Shown piece by piece: positions 1 to 7,290 of a stretch of DNA of 46,197 nucleotides (positions are counted from its first letter, which is position 1; each line of letters starts with the position of its first letter). Both the position numbers and the translations under genes were made by a program. The notes beneath the pieces were generated by a model. The model saw only the letters and a program-made list of their open reading frames with translations. It did no database searches and was not told the origin of the DNA. The DNA is from Candidatus Iainarchaeum sp. Lineage in GTDB: Archaea > Iainarchaeota > Iainarchaeia > Iainarchaeales > UBA10191. Location of the stretch: assembly GCA_030649735.1 (NCBI GenBank), contig JAUSFL010000009.1, positions 1 through 46,197 on the forward strand. The letters are read 5' to 3'.

Positions 1-336
1 CAAAAGCTTTATTTCACATTCTCGCAAGAATTCATTGCCGAAAACTGGCTGAATTCGGGGAGTGGCAATCCTGCTTCCTGCCCTTAATTCTTCAGCAGGC
101 TTCCACCCGTCAATTGTAAGCAAAGGATGCTCTGGAGTCAATTTGATTTTTTTTCCGCTTTTCAAAGCAATTTCAAGCATTTTTTCAACAGGCCGCTTAA
201 AAAATTCTGTCTTTTCTGAAGCCTTGATTTTGTAATCGTGCGATAGTGAAAGAATGTTTCTTGAGTCGTGCTCTAGTTCTTTGATTTCAATCAAAGAACC
301 GTCTTCCAAGGTAATTAGTGTTTCTCCGGCAAGGCA
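1..336 (-). mobile_element. Intein N-terminal splicing region (truncated by the window edge)
   Basis: Starts at Cys69 directly after Walker A GK. Block A CLAGETLITLEDG, block B KLTPEHPLLT (TxxH), then GWKPAEELRAGSRIATP. Confidence 0.88.
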
Positions 337-540
337 TTTTCCACCGCCTCTTTTTCCGCAAATCAAAACCAAGTGCGGCTTTGCCAGGTCGACAAGGATT
401 TTTCTTCCAAGCACTGGCTTTTCTCCAGCGCTCATTACAACTTTTCCTAAAAAGCCGCAGCCTTTGCTCCCGTACTTTTCGAGGTCTTCGGCTTCCCTGC
501 CGAGGACAGTGTCTTGCTCCAGGAATTCATCAGTTGCCAT
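1..540 (-). CDS. HerA/DUF87-like P-loop ATPase, 5' part, intein-containing; runs off the window start
   Basis: Open frame from ATG 540 to base 1, not in the ORF track: MATDEFLEQDTVLGRE...KILVDLAKPHLVLICGKRGGGK, a DUF87/HerA-type strand plus Walker A, followed directly by intein motifs. Confidence 0.8.
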   Translation of the reverse strand, partial: MATDEFLEQDTVLGREAEDLEKYGSKGCGFLGKVVMSAGEKPVLGRKILVDLAKPHLVLICGKRGGGKCLAGETLITLEDGSLIEIKELEHDSRNILSLSHDYKIKASEKTEFFKRPVEKMLEIALKSGKKIKLTPEHPLLTIDGWKPAEELRAGSRIATPRIQPVFGNEFLRECEIKLL

Positions 541-633
541 GCTGCTTAAAGAAAGGGGTTTTTGGTTTTTAAGGCTTGCTTTTTTCCAAAGGACTATTGG
601 TTTTTTTTATGGTTCTTTAGACCATATGTTAGC

Positions 634-915
634 ATGATTATTGAGAAGAAAGTCCAGAGCGAATACTTTAACGCAATTGTTGATGGCAGAAAGCGTTTTG
701 AAGTGCGTTTGGCCGACTTTAAGAGCAAGCCTGGAGATACTTTAGTGCTTAAAGAGCAAAAGCAAGGCAGCAAAGAAATTACTGGAAGAGAAATTTCCTG
801 CGAAATAATCTACAACTTGAACACCAAAGAGCTTGAAAAGTTTTATTCCAAAAAAGAGCTTGAAAAGCACGGTCTTGTGATTTTAGCCATTCGCAAAAAG
901 TTTAATTTTGACTAA
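634..915 (+). CDS. ASCH/DUF3850 (PUA-like) domain protein
   Basis: Probable start ATG 634. The motif EYFNAIVDGRKRFEVRLADF..KPGDTLVLKE matches the ASCH/DUF3850 pattern. Confidence 0.75.
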   Translation: MIIEKKVQSEYFNAIVDGRKRFEVRLADFKSKPGDTLVLKEQKQGSKEITGREISCEIIYNLNTKELEKFYSKKELEKHGLVILAIRKKFNFD

Positions 916-929
916 CTGGAGGTTTTTTT

Positions 930-1532
930 TTGAAAGTGGTGTGTTTTGATTTGGAAGGGGTTTTAGTCCCTGAATTTTGGGAAGAGTTCTCAAAAGCCAC
1001 TGGAATTCCGGAGCTAATGCTTACCACTCGTGATGAGCCTGATTATGACAAGCTCATGAAAATGCGAATTAGAGTCTTGAAAGAGCACGGCTTCACAATG
1101 AAAGAAATTTCTGAAGTGGTTTCAAAAATGAATGCGCTTCCAGGCGCGAGAGAATTTGTGGACTGGGTGAAAACAGTCGCGCAGCCTTGCATTCTGACTG
1201 GAAGCTATTATGAGTACATCACTCCATTAGTGGCAAAACTAGGGTATCCATTCATGTTCGCAAATTCCCTGGAAATTGACTCTAAAGGAAACATTGTCGG
1301 GTACAAATTGAGGGAAAATGACGGGAAAGTCGAGCAAATAAAAAGATTCAAGGAAGCAGGGTATGAAGTGATTGCTGTTGGCGATTCATTCAATGATGTG
1401 AAAATGCTTAAGGAAGCCGACACTGGAATCTTGTTCAAGGCCTGTGCTGCGCTAAAGCGGCAGGAAAAGCAACTGCGAAAGGCCGAGAATTATTCTGAGT
1501 TGAAAAAAATCCTTGAAGAACTTCTTGATTAG
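930..1532 (+). CDS. thrH: Bifunctional phosphoserine phosphatase/homoserine phosphotransferase (HAD family)
   Basis: DLEGVLVPEFW...LTTRDEPDYDKLM is the ThrH signature; GDSFND is HAD motif IV; GGAGG SD upstream of the TTG start. Confidence 0.85.
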   Translation: MKVVCFDLEGVLVPEFWEEFSKATGIPELMLTTRDEPDYDKLMKMRIRVLKEHGFTMKEISEVVSKMNALPGAREFVDWVKTVAQPCILTGSYYEYITPLVAKLGYPFMFANSLEIDSKGNIVGYKLRENDGKVEQIKRFKEAGYEVIAVGDSFNDVKMLKEADTGILFKACAALKRQEKQLRKAENYSELKKILEELLD

Positions 1533-1582
1533 GCGCGGTTGTTTAGCAAAGCTTTTTTAATCTTCAAACCCTTTTGTTTTGC

Positions 1583-2047
1583 ATGGTTAAGGACTTTAAG
1601 GAAACAGAGGACAGGCTCAGGTTTTTGATAACAAAAATTGACTCTGAAATTTTAAGGTTTTCCGGGCTCAAGCGCGATCTTGAAGAACGGCAGGACTCTT
1701 TCAACAAGGCATTGAAGTCCGAGGGAATGCAGCCGGTTCCGGTAATTTTCCAGCCAAGCTCTGGAGCCAAGGACTTGCTTGATGAAGTGACAGACCATAT
1801 TTTGGAGTTAAGCAAGCTGAAGAACTTGGTTGCGCAAAAATTAAACTTGGTAATTAGGGAAGAAGAATTGCTTGAAAAATTGCGGAAAAAGCACGGCGAG
1901 TCTGTTTCATTAAAGCATTTGCCTTCAGGCGAGTTTGAAATAATTGTTGATGATGACGGGACAAAGCAGGTTTTTTCCCAACTGCAGGCAAGCAGGAAAA
2001 ACATTGCCTCATTGAGAACTGTTGTTCAAGAAACAGCAGACGACTAG
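1583..2047 (+). CDS. Hypothetical coiled-coil protein
   Basis: ORF with heptad-rich, charged composition; probable ATG at 1583. Confidence 0.7.
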   Translation: MVKDFKETEDRLRFLITKIDSEILRFSGLKRDLEERQDSFNKALKSEGMQPVPVIFQPSSGAKDLLDEVTDHILELSKLKNLVAQKLNLVIREEELLEKLRKKHGESVSLKHLPSGEFEIIVDDDGTKQVFSQLQASRKNIASLRTVVQETADD

Positions 2048-2186
2048 TTTTTTTAATTGGAGAGAAATGGAAGAAAAGTGCAGTTTTTTGCTGCACTTTC
2101 TTTTGCATGTTTTTTCCGTGAAGAAATCCCTTTAGGCAAAGGGTTTCTTAAAAGCGTGAATTTTTCCTGCAAACTTTGGTGGGGAG

Positions 2187-2218
2187 AAAATACTGCCCAA
2201 TTTAATGGGCAGTATTTT
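2187..2218. terminator. Perfect 13-bp inverted repeat between convergent genes (terminator-like or protein-binding site)
   Basis: AAAATACTGCCCA-atttaa-TGGGCAGTATTTT with A/T runs on both sides. Confidence 0.45.
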
Positions 2219-2259
2219 TTGGGAGTATTGGTTGTGTTGAGTTTTGGGATATCTTGTTT

Positions 2260-2742
2260 TCAAGGGGAGAAGTACAATACTTTTTTTCCGCTTTGGATTT
2301 TTTTCAGCAGGCCTTGCTTGAAAAGCCCGTTGAGCCTTTGTGAAGCCGCGTTTAAGCCAGTGTAGCCCATTATTTGCTGTATTTCGAAAGCGCTTGTGGG
2401 TCCTTTTTGCTCTATGGTTTGCATTATTTTTTGGTCTTGCTCTGGCAAAATAGTGAATTTTCTCCCATCACTGCTTGTTTGCATTTCTTCTGCTTGGGAT
2501 GAGTTCCTTGTTTTCAACTCAAGCATTATTGTATCGAATTTTTCATGAATTTTTTGCAATTCCTTGTTTGTTTGCTCTCTTTCTTGGGAAAGCTTGAACA
2601 AAAGCGTTGCAATCAAGACTGGGTCTGGGTTTTTTTGGATTATTTCCAGAATGTCTTGGTTTAATTCAGTGAATTCTTGGCTGATTTTTTCGGCAATTAG
2701 CTTAGCTTCTAAGGCTTTGGCTGCATTGTCTTGATCAACCAT
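2260..2742 (-). CDS. Coiled-coil plus C-terminal winged-helix DNA-binding protein
   Basis: C-terminus LPEQDQKIMQTIEQKGPTSAFEIQQIMGY..AASQRLNGLFKQGLLKK fits a wHTH pattern. Confidence 0.7.
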   Translation of the reverse strand: MVDQDNAAKALEAKLIAEKISQEFTELNQDILEIIQKNPDPVLIATLLFKLSQEREQTNKELQKIHEKFDTIMLELKTRNSSQAEEMQTSSDGRKFTILPEQDQKIMQTIEQKGPTSAFEIQQIMGYTGLNAASQRLNGLFKQGLLKKIQSGKKVLYFSP

Positions 2743-2745
2743 GAC

Positions 2746-2778
2746 TAATCATGATGTCGTCATGATTAATATACTTTT
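2746..2778 (-). promoter_or_regulatory. BRE/TATA-like promoter with a 9-5-9 palindromic operator, probably leaderless
   Basis: Minus strand AAAAGTATATTAA about 25 nt before ATG 2742; TAATCATGA-tgtcg-TCATGATTA at 2746-2768. Confidence 0.55.
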
Positions 2779-2998
2779 CGTCTTTTAAAAAATAGTGTAA
2801 AACCAGCCAGAAACTTAAGATTTTGAACCTTTTTTTGAGTATTTTGCAAATTATTGGCTTTTGGCTAGTTTCTTGCAGTATTTTAGGAGTTTCTGGTTTT
2901 TAAGCCTTGTGAGTTTGGTTTTTTGCTGGGTGAAAAAAGTTAGGCACTACGCATTTTAAAAAAACACTATTTTTTGATTCTCTTGCATTGCTGCGCCT

Positions 2999-3178
2999 TT
3001 ACTCTATTGTAATTGCCTTTTTAGGACAGCTCACTTCGCAAGCCCTGCACTCAATGCAGTCTTTTTCCCTTACTGGAACTGCTTTCTTACTTTTCAATTC
3101 ATACACGTTCACTGGGCAGACATTAACGCAAGTCCCGCACCCGTCGCATTTTTTAGCGTCCACTTTGACTTTAACCAT
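2999..3178 (-). CDS. 2[4Fe-4S] ferredoxin (59 aa, not in ORF track)
   Basis: MVKVKVDAKKCDGCGTCVNVCPVNVYELKSKKAVPVREKDCIECRACEVSCPKKAITIE has two CxxCxxCxxxCP motifs; AGGTGA SD upstream. Confidence 0.95.
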   Translation of the reverse strand: MVKVKVDAKKCDGCGTCVNVCPVNVYELKSKKAVPVREKDCIECRACEVSCPKKAITIE

Positions 3179-3290
3179 TTTCCAAAATCACCTGCTAATT
3201 CTGTTGGGTTTTTTCTACAATCTAATGCTAAACTGTTTAAAAATCATTTTAAAAACAAGAAAAAGGAAGAAAAAAAGCAATTTGCTTTTT

Positions 3291-4163
3291 TTACTTCACG
3301 TAATCTAAAGTTGCTTCCAGAATTGTCGGAGTTGTTCCCGGATCGTAATTGAAGTAAATGCTTTTTCCAACAATTGTGGGAGATTCACTGATTGCAGTGT
3401 ACTGGATTTTTGTCCTTGCATCCTCAATGTATGCAATTTCATTGCCAGTGTTTGTAATGTCAAGCACTGTTTCCCTGATAAGCTTTGACTGCTCTAAAGG
3501 GTATTGCTCAATGCCCCTCATTATCCTGTGCTTCCAGCCGTAAGCTCCTGGAAAAATCCTTCCGTTCAAAGTCACTTTTTTTGTGCAACCTGGCTGGTTT
3601 GTCATGCTTTCAAGCCTGCATTCCACAGGAATTGTGTTTCCAAAAGTTGTTTTCCAGCCCAAGGCGCCAAATTCGTTAGGCTCCCTGATTCCAGAATCCA
3701 GCACAGTAATCAGTTTTCCGCCGGAATTAACGTATTTTTGAACTGCTTCCCCTAAAGCGCGGGAAACTTCCTTGTTTGCCTGCTGTGACTGGTCAAGCAG
3801 TACAATGTCATATTGCGCAAGCTGTTGTTCCGCGTTCCGCGAAATAGCCTCTGCAGACCGGATTGTAATGGGGTAAACCAGTTCCCTATTGCTGCTTAAA
3901 ACTTGCATGGTGTATGTGCTTGGAGTTCCAATAATCAGCATTGTTGCCGGCTTTTCCGCTCCTGGAATTATTGACGCAAGCGGCCCTAAAATTGGCGTTG
4001 TTGAAGTAATGACTCCAAACCTTGCAGCCAAAAAGAATGCAATTATCAAAATCAGCAGTATTGGAATAAGTCCTTCCAAATGATAGCTAATTCTGGACTT
4101 CAAGCTTGGCTCGTAATCTGCGCCGCCAGCCGGTGGCAAATCTCCAGCTCCTTCAGGATACAT
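3291..4163 (-). CDS. Membrane-anchored protein with a class I GATase-like (ThuA/DUF4350-like) domain
   Basis: N-terminal TM helix; QLAQYDIVLL...VQKYVNSGGKLI motif; GAGGTG SD. Paralog of 13934..14920. Confidence 0.7.
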   Translation of the reverse strand: MYPEGAGDLPPAGGADYEPSLKSRISYHLEGLIPILLILIIAFFLAARFGVITSTTPILGPLASIIPGAEKPATMLIIGTPSTYTMQVLSSNRELVYPITIRSAEAISRNAEQQLAQYDIVLLDQSQQANKEVSRALGEAVQKYVNSGGKLITVLDSGIREPNEFGALGWKTTFGNTIPVECRLESMTNQPGCTKKVTLNGRIFPGAYGWKHRIMRGIEQYPLEQSKLIRETVLDITNTGNEIAYIEDARTKIQYTAISESPTIVGKSIYFNYDPGTTPTILEATLDYVK

Positions 4164-4331
4164 TAAAGCACCTCACTTTATTCAATGAATTTGTTAATTC
4201 CTGATGTTCTTGTACATTAAACTTGTTTTAAAGCATTCTGCCTTCTTTTTAAAGCAAAACGCATTGAAAACTAAAGGATTTGTAGTTTAAAAAACTTTCT
4301 GTATTTCATTTTGAATCAGGGGTGTGTTTTA

Positions 4332-4406
4332 ATGGCTGATTGCTGCTGCTGCGGGCCTAAAAAGGCAACAAAAAAAACTGCAAAAACAAAATCAAAAAAG
4401 AAATAA
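4332..4406 (+). CDS. Putative 24-aa Cys4/Lys-rich microprotein
   Basis: MADCCCCGPKKATKKTAKTKSKKK*, with a GGGGTG SD-like site shortly upstream of the ATG. Confidence 0.55.
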   Translation: MADCCCCGPKKATKKTAKTKSKKK

Positions 4407-4450
4407 GGCCAGTTCTCTGGTTTTTATTCCTTTTTCCTTAATTTTTTATT

Positions 4451-5131
4451 ATGAAAACCGCGGTCTTGTTCTCTGGGGGAAAAGACTCAACGCTCGCGCT
4501 GGACTATGCCTTGCGCTATTCCAAAGTAAAATGCCTAATCGGCATTGCCTCTGAAAACCCTGAAAGCTTCATGTTCCACACTCCAAGCATTGAATTTGTG
4601 GAAAAGCAGGCAGAATGCGCTGGCCTGCCTTTAATCCTGCAAAAAACAAAAGGCGTTAAAGAAAAAGAGCTTAAAGATTTGAAGGCCGCAATTTTGAAGG
4701 CAAAGAAAAAGTTCAAAATTGAAGGCATAGTCACTGGAGCATTGGCTTCAACTTACCAATCGTCCCGCATTCAAGCAATCTGCAATTCCGCTAATTTGGA
4801 GTGCTTTAATCCCTTATGGCAGAAAGGCCAGTTTGAGCTTTTGGAAGAATTGCAGAATCGAAAAATCATTGCAATTATTGGCGGGGTTTTCGCGCAAGGC
4901 CTTGAGAATTTTGTTGGAAAGAGAATTGACCAAAAATTCATTGCTGAAATAAAACCCCTTGTTGAAAAATATTCAATCAATCCCGCGGGGGAAGGCGGAG
5001 AGTTCGAAAGCTTTGTGCTTGATGCGCCATTCTTCAAAAAAAAGCTTGTGATTGAAGACTGCCGCATTGTTGAAGCCGGCCATGGTTCGCGAATCTTAAA
5101 GATTGAAAAGCTCAAGGTTGTGAAAAAATGA
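4451..5131 (+). CDS. dph6: Diphthine--ammonia ligase (PP-loop ATPase, DUF71/MJ0570 family)
   Basis: SGGKDS PP-loop, SFMFH, STYQSSRI, PLW and GEGGEFES motifs. Confidence 0.88.
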   Translation: MKTAVLFSGGKDSTLALDYALRYSKVKCLIGIASENPESFMFHTPSIEFVEKQAECAGLPLILQKTKGVKEKELKDLKAAILKAKKKFKIEGIVTGALASTYQSSRIQAICNSANLECFNPLWQKGQFELLEELQNRKIIAIIGGVFAQGLENFVGKRIDQKFIAEIKPLVEKYSINPAGEGGEFESFVLDAPFFKKKLVIEDCRIVEAGHGSRILKIEKLKVVKK

Positions 5132-5685
5132 TTTTGGTAATTAATACTTGCAGCGAAGAACTGCATTATTTTGAGTTTGTAAAGCCAGTTGAGGAAGTCT
5201 TGCGGAGCATTAAAGTCGAATGCAAAGTTAGGCACTACAATGAATTGCAAAAAAAAGATTTGATTGCTGCAGAAAAAATAATAATTTGCGGAACCTCGCT
5301 CAAAGACTTCCAATACTTGAAAGACTTGAAAAAGTTCTCTTTCTTGAAAAGCCCTGATTTTGAAAAGCCAGTTCTGGGAATTTGCGCAGGAATGCAACTG
5401 CTATGCCTGGCTTTTGGCAGCGCGCTTGAAAAAAGCAGGGAGATTGGACTGACTGACGCTTTCTTTGGCGAGCCATTTTTCAGCATCGAAAGAAAAGCTC
5501 AAGTGTATTCATTGCATAATTCAGCAGTCAAGCAAAGCAAGGCTTTGGAAAAGAATTTCAAGGTTTTCGCCCGCTCTGAGCATTGCGTTCAGGCAGTAAA
5601 GCACTTGCAAAAGCCATTTTACGGCGTGCTTTTCCATCCTGAAGTGCGCAACAGGCAATTGATTGAAGAGTTTGCGAAAGATTAA
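5128..5685 (+). CDS. Class I glutamine amidotransferase (GMP synthase A-like)
   Basis: Catalytic PVLGICAGMQ and FHPE motifs; ATGA overlap with dph6. Confidence 0.88.
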   Translation: MILVINTCSEELHYFEFVKPVEEVLRSIKVECKVRHYNELQKKDLIAAEKIIICGTSLKDFQYLKDLKKFSFLKSPDFEKPVLGICAGMQLLCLAFGSALEKSREIGLTDAFFGEPFFSIERKAQVYSLHNSAVKQSKALEKNFKVFARSEHCVQAVKHLQKPFYGVLFHPEVRNRQLIEEFAKD

Positions 5686-5754
5686 ATTGCAAAGCAATGC
5701 TATAATTCTTTAAGGTTGAAATCATTAAAGCAATAAGCATTGTTTTTGCAATTT
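5684..5754. repeat. Long imperfect inverted repeat (about 70-nt hairpin)
   Basis: AAATTGCAAAGCAATGCT (5684-5701) pairs with AGCATTGTTTTTGCAATTT (5736-5754); inner CTTTAA/TTAAAG stem. Confidence 0.6.
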
Positions 5755-5794
5755 GAGCAAAAACTATTAAAAAAATGAAAAACGGCATGATAAT

Positions 5795-6505
5795 ATGGAA
5801 ACCACAATTATCAAATGTCCTGAATGTGAATTCAAGCAAGAGCTTGAAATTCCAGAAAGCTCTTGCCTGCAGTTCTTCAAGTGCAAAAAATGCAAGCGAT
5901 TAATCAGCGCTCCTGCCGGGGAATGCTGTGTGATTTGCGCTTTCTCAAGCAAGAAATGCCCCCGGCCTTTAAGGCAGTGGAAAATGCCAAGGATTAAATT
6001 ATTGGCCGCAATTCTTTCAAAGCCAAAATACTTGCTTATTTTAATAGCCGCTGGCTTGCTTGTTTTTTTTCTCTTTGGAAATCTTGCGGGCTTGCTGCAG
6101 AATCCATTCTTTGTTTCAAAACGCGCGATTCCTGCAAACCAAGGCGATTATTTCTTTCTCATATTGGATTCAGCGCTTTCAGGACTGCTTTTTGCCGCAA
6201 TAATTTATAAGATTGAAGAGTTAAAGCAAGGCTTGGGAAAAGAAAGCATTGGCGCCGGAGGAAGCATTATAGGCTATCTGGCAATTGCCTGCCCAAGCTG
6301 TAACCTGCTGTTTTTTTCCCTGCTTGGGCTTCAGGCAAACTTGATTGCATTATACCCTTTCCAGCTGGAAATTAGGGCTTTAAGCATCATTGTCTTACTG
6401 ATTGCATTATTTTTCGCGCTGGGGGAAAACAAGTGCCCCGCCAATATTGCAAAATCGGCTAAAGTCAAGGATTCAAGCAGAAAACCGCGCATAAAACCCA
6501 AATAG
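5795..6505 (+). CDS. GDCCVxC-type Cys-rich domain fused to a multi-TM metal-transport-like domain
   Basis: N-terminal CPEC..C..CKKC..GECCVICAFSSKKCP; about four TM segments with intramembrane ACPSCN. Confidence 0.7.
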   Translation: METTIIKCPECEFKQELEIPESSCLQFFKCKKCKRLISAPAGECCVICAFSSKKCPRPLRQWKMPRIKLLAAILSKPKYLLILIAAGLLVFFLFGNLAGLLQNPFFVSKRAIPANQGDYFFLILDSALSGLLFAAIIYKIEELKQGLGKESIGAGGSIIGYLAIACPSCNLLFFSLLGLQANLIALYPFQLEIRALSIIVLLIALFFALGENKCPANIAKSAKVKDSSRKPRIKPK

Positions 6506-6574
6506 TGCCGTGATTTCCCATCATTGCCCAAGGCTCAAAAAGCTTTAAAAAAACAAGCGTTGGTAATTCAATTA

Positions 6575-7096
6575 ATGAAGAATCGAATTGTCGGCTTTTT
6601 AGTTATTGGAATTGCATTGTTGATTGGAATCATAATCTGGATTTTCAACAGTGCATTGACAACAATTGTTGAAACTTCCTGCTCTGAAGGATCCACTTGT
6701 CCAATGTGGAGGACTATTGAAACACAAAATTACATCAGCATTGTTTTGATGGCTTTTATTCTTGCGATTGGGCTATACTTGGTTTTTTTTGGGAAGGAAG
6801 AAGTTATTATCACAAAATTCAAGACAATCAAGGCGCCAGCACAGCAAGTCCAGCAGAAAAAAATCACTGCAGAAAACTTCCGCGAAGTCTTGGGAACGCT
6901 TGACAGTGAAGAAAAGGACGTTTTTGAAAAAATCATTGCGTCTGAAGGCACAATCTTCCAGTCAGACTTGGTTGAAAAAACAGGCCTGAATAAAGTCAAG
7001 GTCACAAGGCTTCTTGACAAGCTTGAAGGAAAAGCATTGATTGAGCGCAGAAGGCGCGGAATGACAAATGTAATAATCCTAAAACACCAGCCCTAA
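6575..7096 (+). CDS. Membrane-anchored (2 TM) winged-helix transcriptional regulator, COG2512-like
   Basis: Probable ATG 6575. TM1, loop SCSEGSTCPM, TM2, then QSDLVEKTGLNKVKVTRLLDKLEGKALIERRRRGMTN. Confidence 0.8.
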   Translation: MKNRIVGFLVIGIALLIGIIIWIFNSALTTIVETSCSEGSTCPMWRTIETQNYISIVLMAFILAIGLYLVFFGKEEVIITKFKTIKAPAQQVQQKKITAENFREVLGTLDSEEKDVFEKIIASEGTIFQSDLVEKTGLNKVKVTRLLDKLEGKALIERRRRGMTNVIILKHQP

Positions 7097-7120
7097 TTTC
7101 GCCAAAAGTGGCATTTCTCA

Positions 7121-7152
7121 TTGAAACTAGTTTCAAACAATGGGTTATAAGC
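7121..7152 (+). promoter_or_regulatory. Perfect 16-bp palindrome upstream of a TATA-like box
   Basis: TTGAAACTAGTTTCAA at 7121-7136; TTATAAG at 7145-7151. Confidence 0.6.
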
Positions 7153-7183
7153 GGTTTCAGCCGCAAACAATGCAGTTGTTAGT

Positions 7184-7270
7184 CCCTCACTAACCCAAAG
7201 AAACTCCAAAGGGGCAGCCGGCCTTGATGGCCTGGCTGTTTTCCTTTCTAGCTAGCTGGGTTTGGGGGGG
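7184..7270 (+). ncRNA. Candidate structured 5' leader RNA
   Basis: GC-rich nested hairpin: outer CCCTCA..AACCCA / TGGGTT.TGGGGG, inner GGGGCAGCCGGCC-ttgat-GGCCTGGCTGTTTT. Confidence 0.4.
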
Positions 7271-7290
7271 AATGATTGGAGGAATGTTTT

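Noticed and set aside
254-637. Plus-strand ORFs 254..637 and 318..572
   Set aside because: Antisense shadows of the minus-strand ATPase/intein frame, which has clear motifs.
2057-2365. 102-aa Phe-rich ORF
   Set aside because: Composition reflects T-rich hairpin DNA; it overlaps the wHTH gene in antisense and has no motif.
2988-3308. 106-aa plus-strand ORF
   Set aside because: Antisense to the ferredoxin.
5795-5965. Possible selenoprotein (some GDCCVxC family members use Sec)
   Set aside because: All positions are Cys codons; there is no in-frame TGA.
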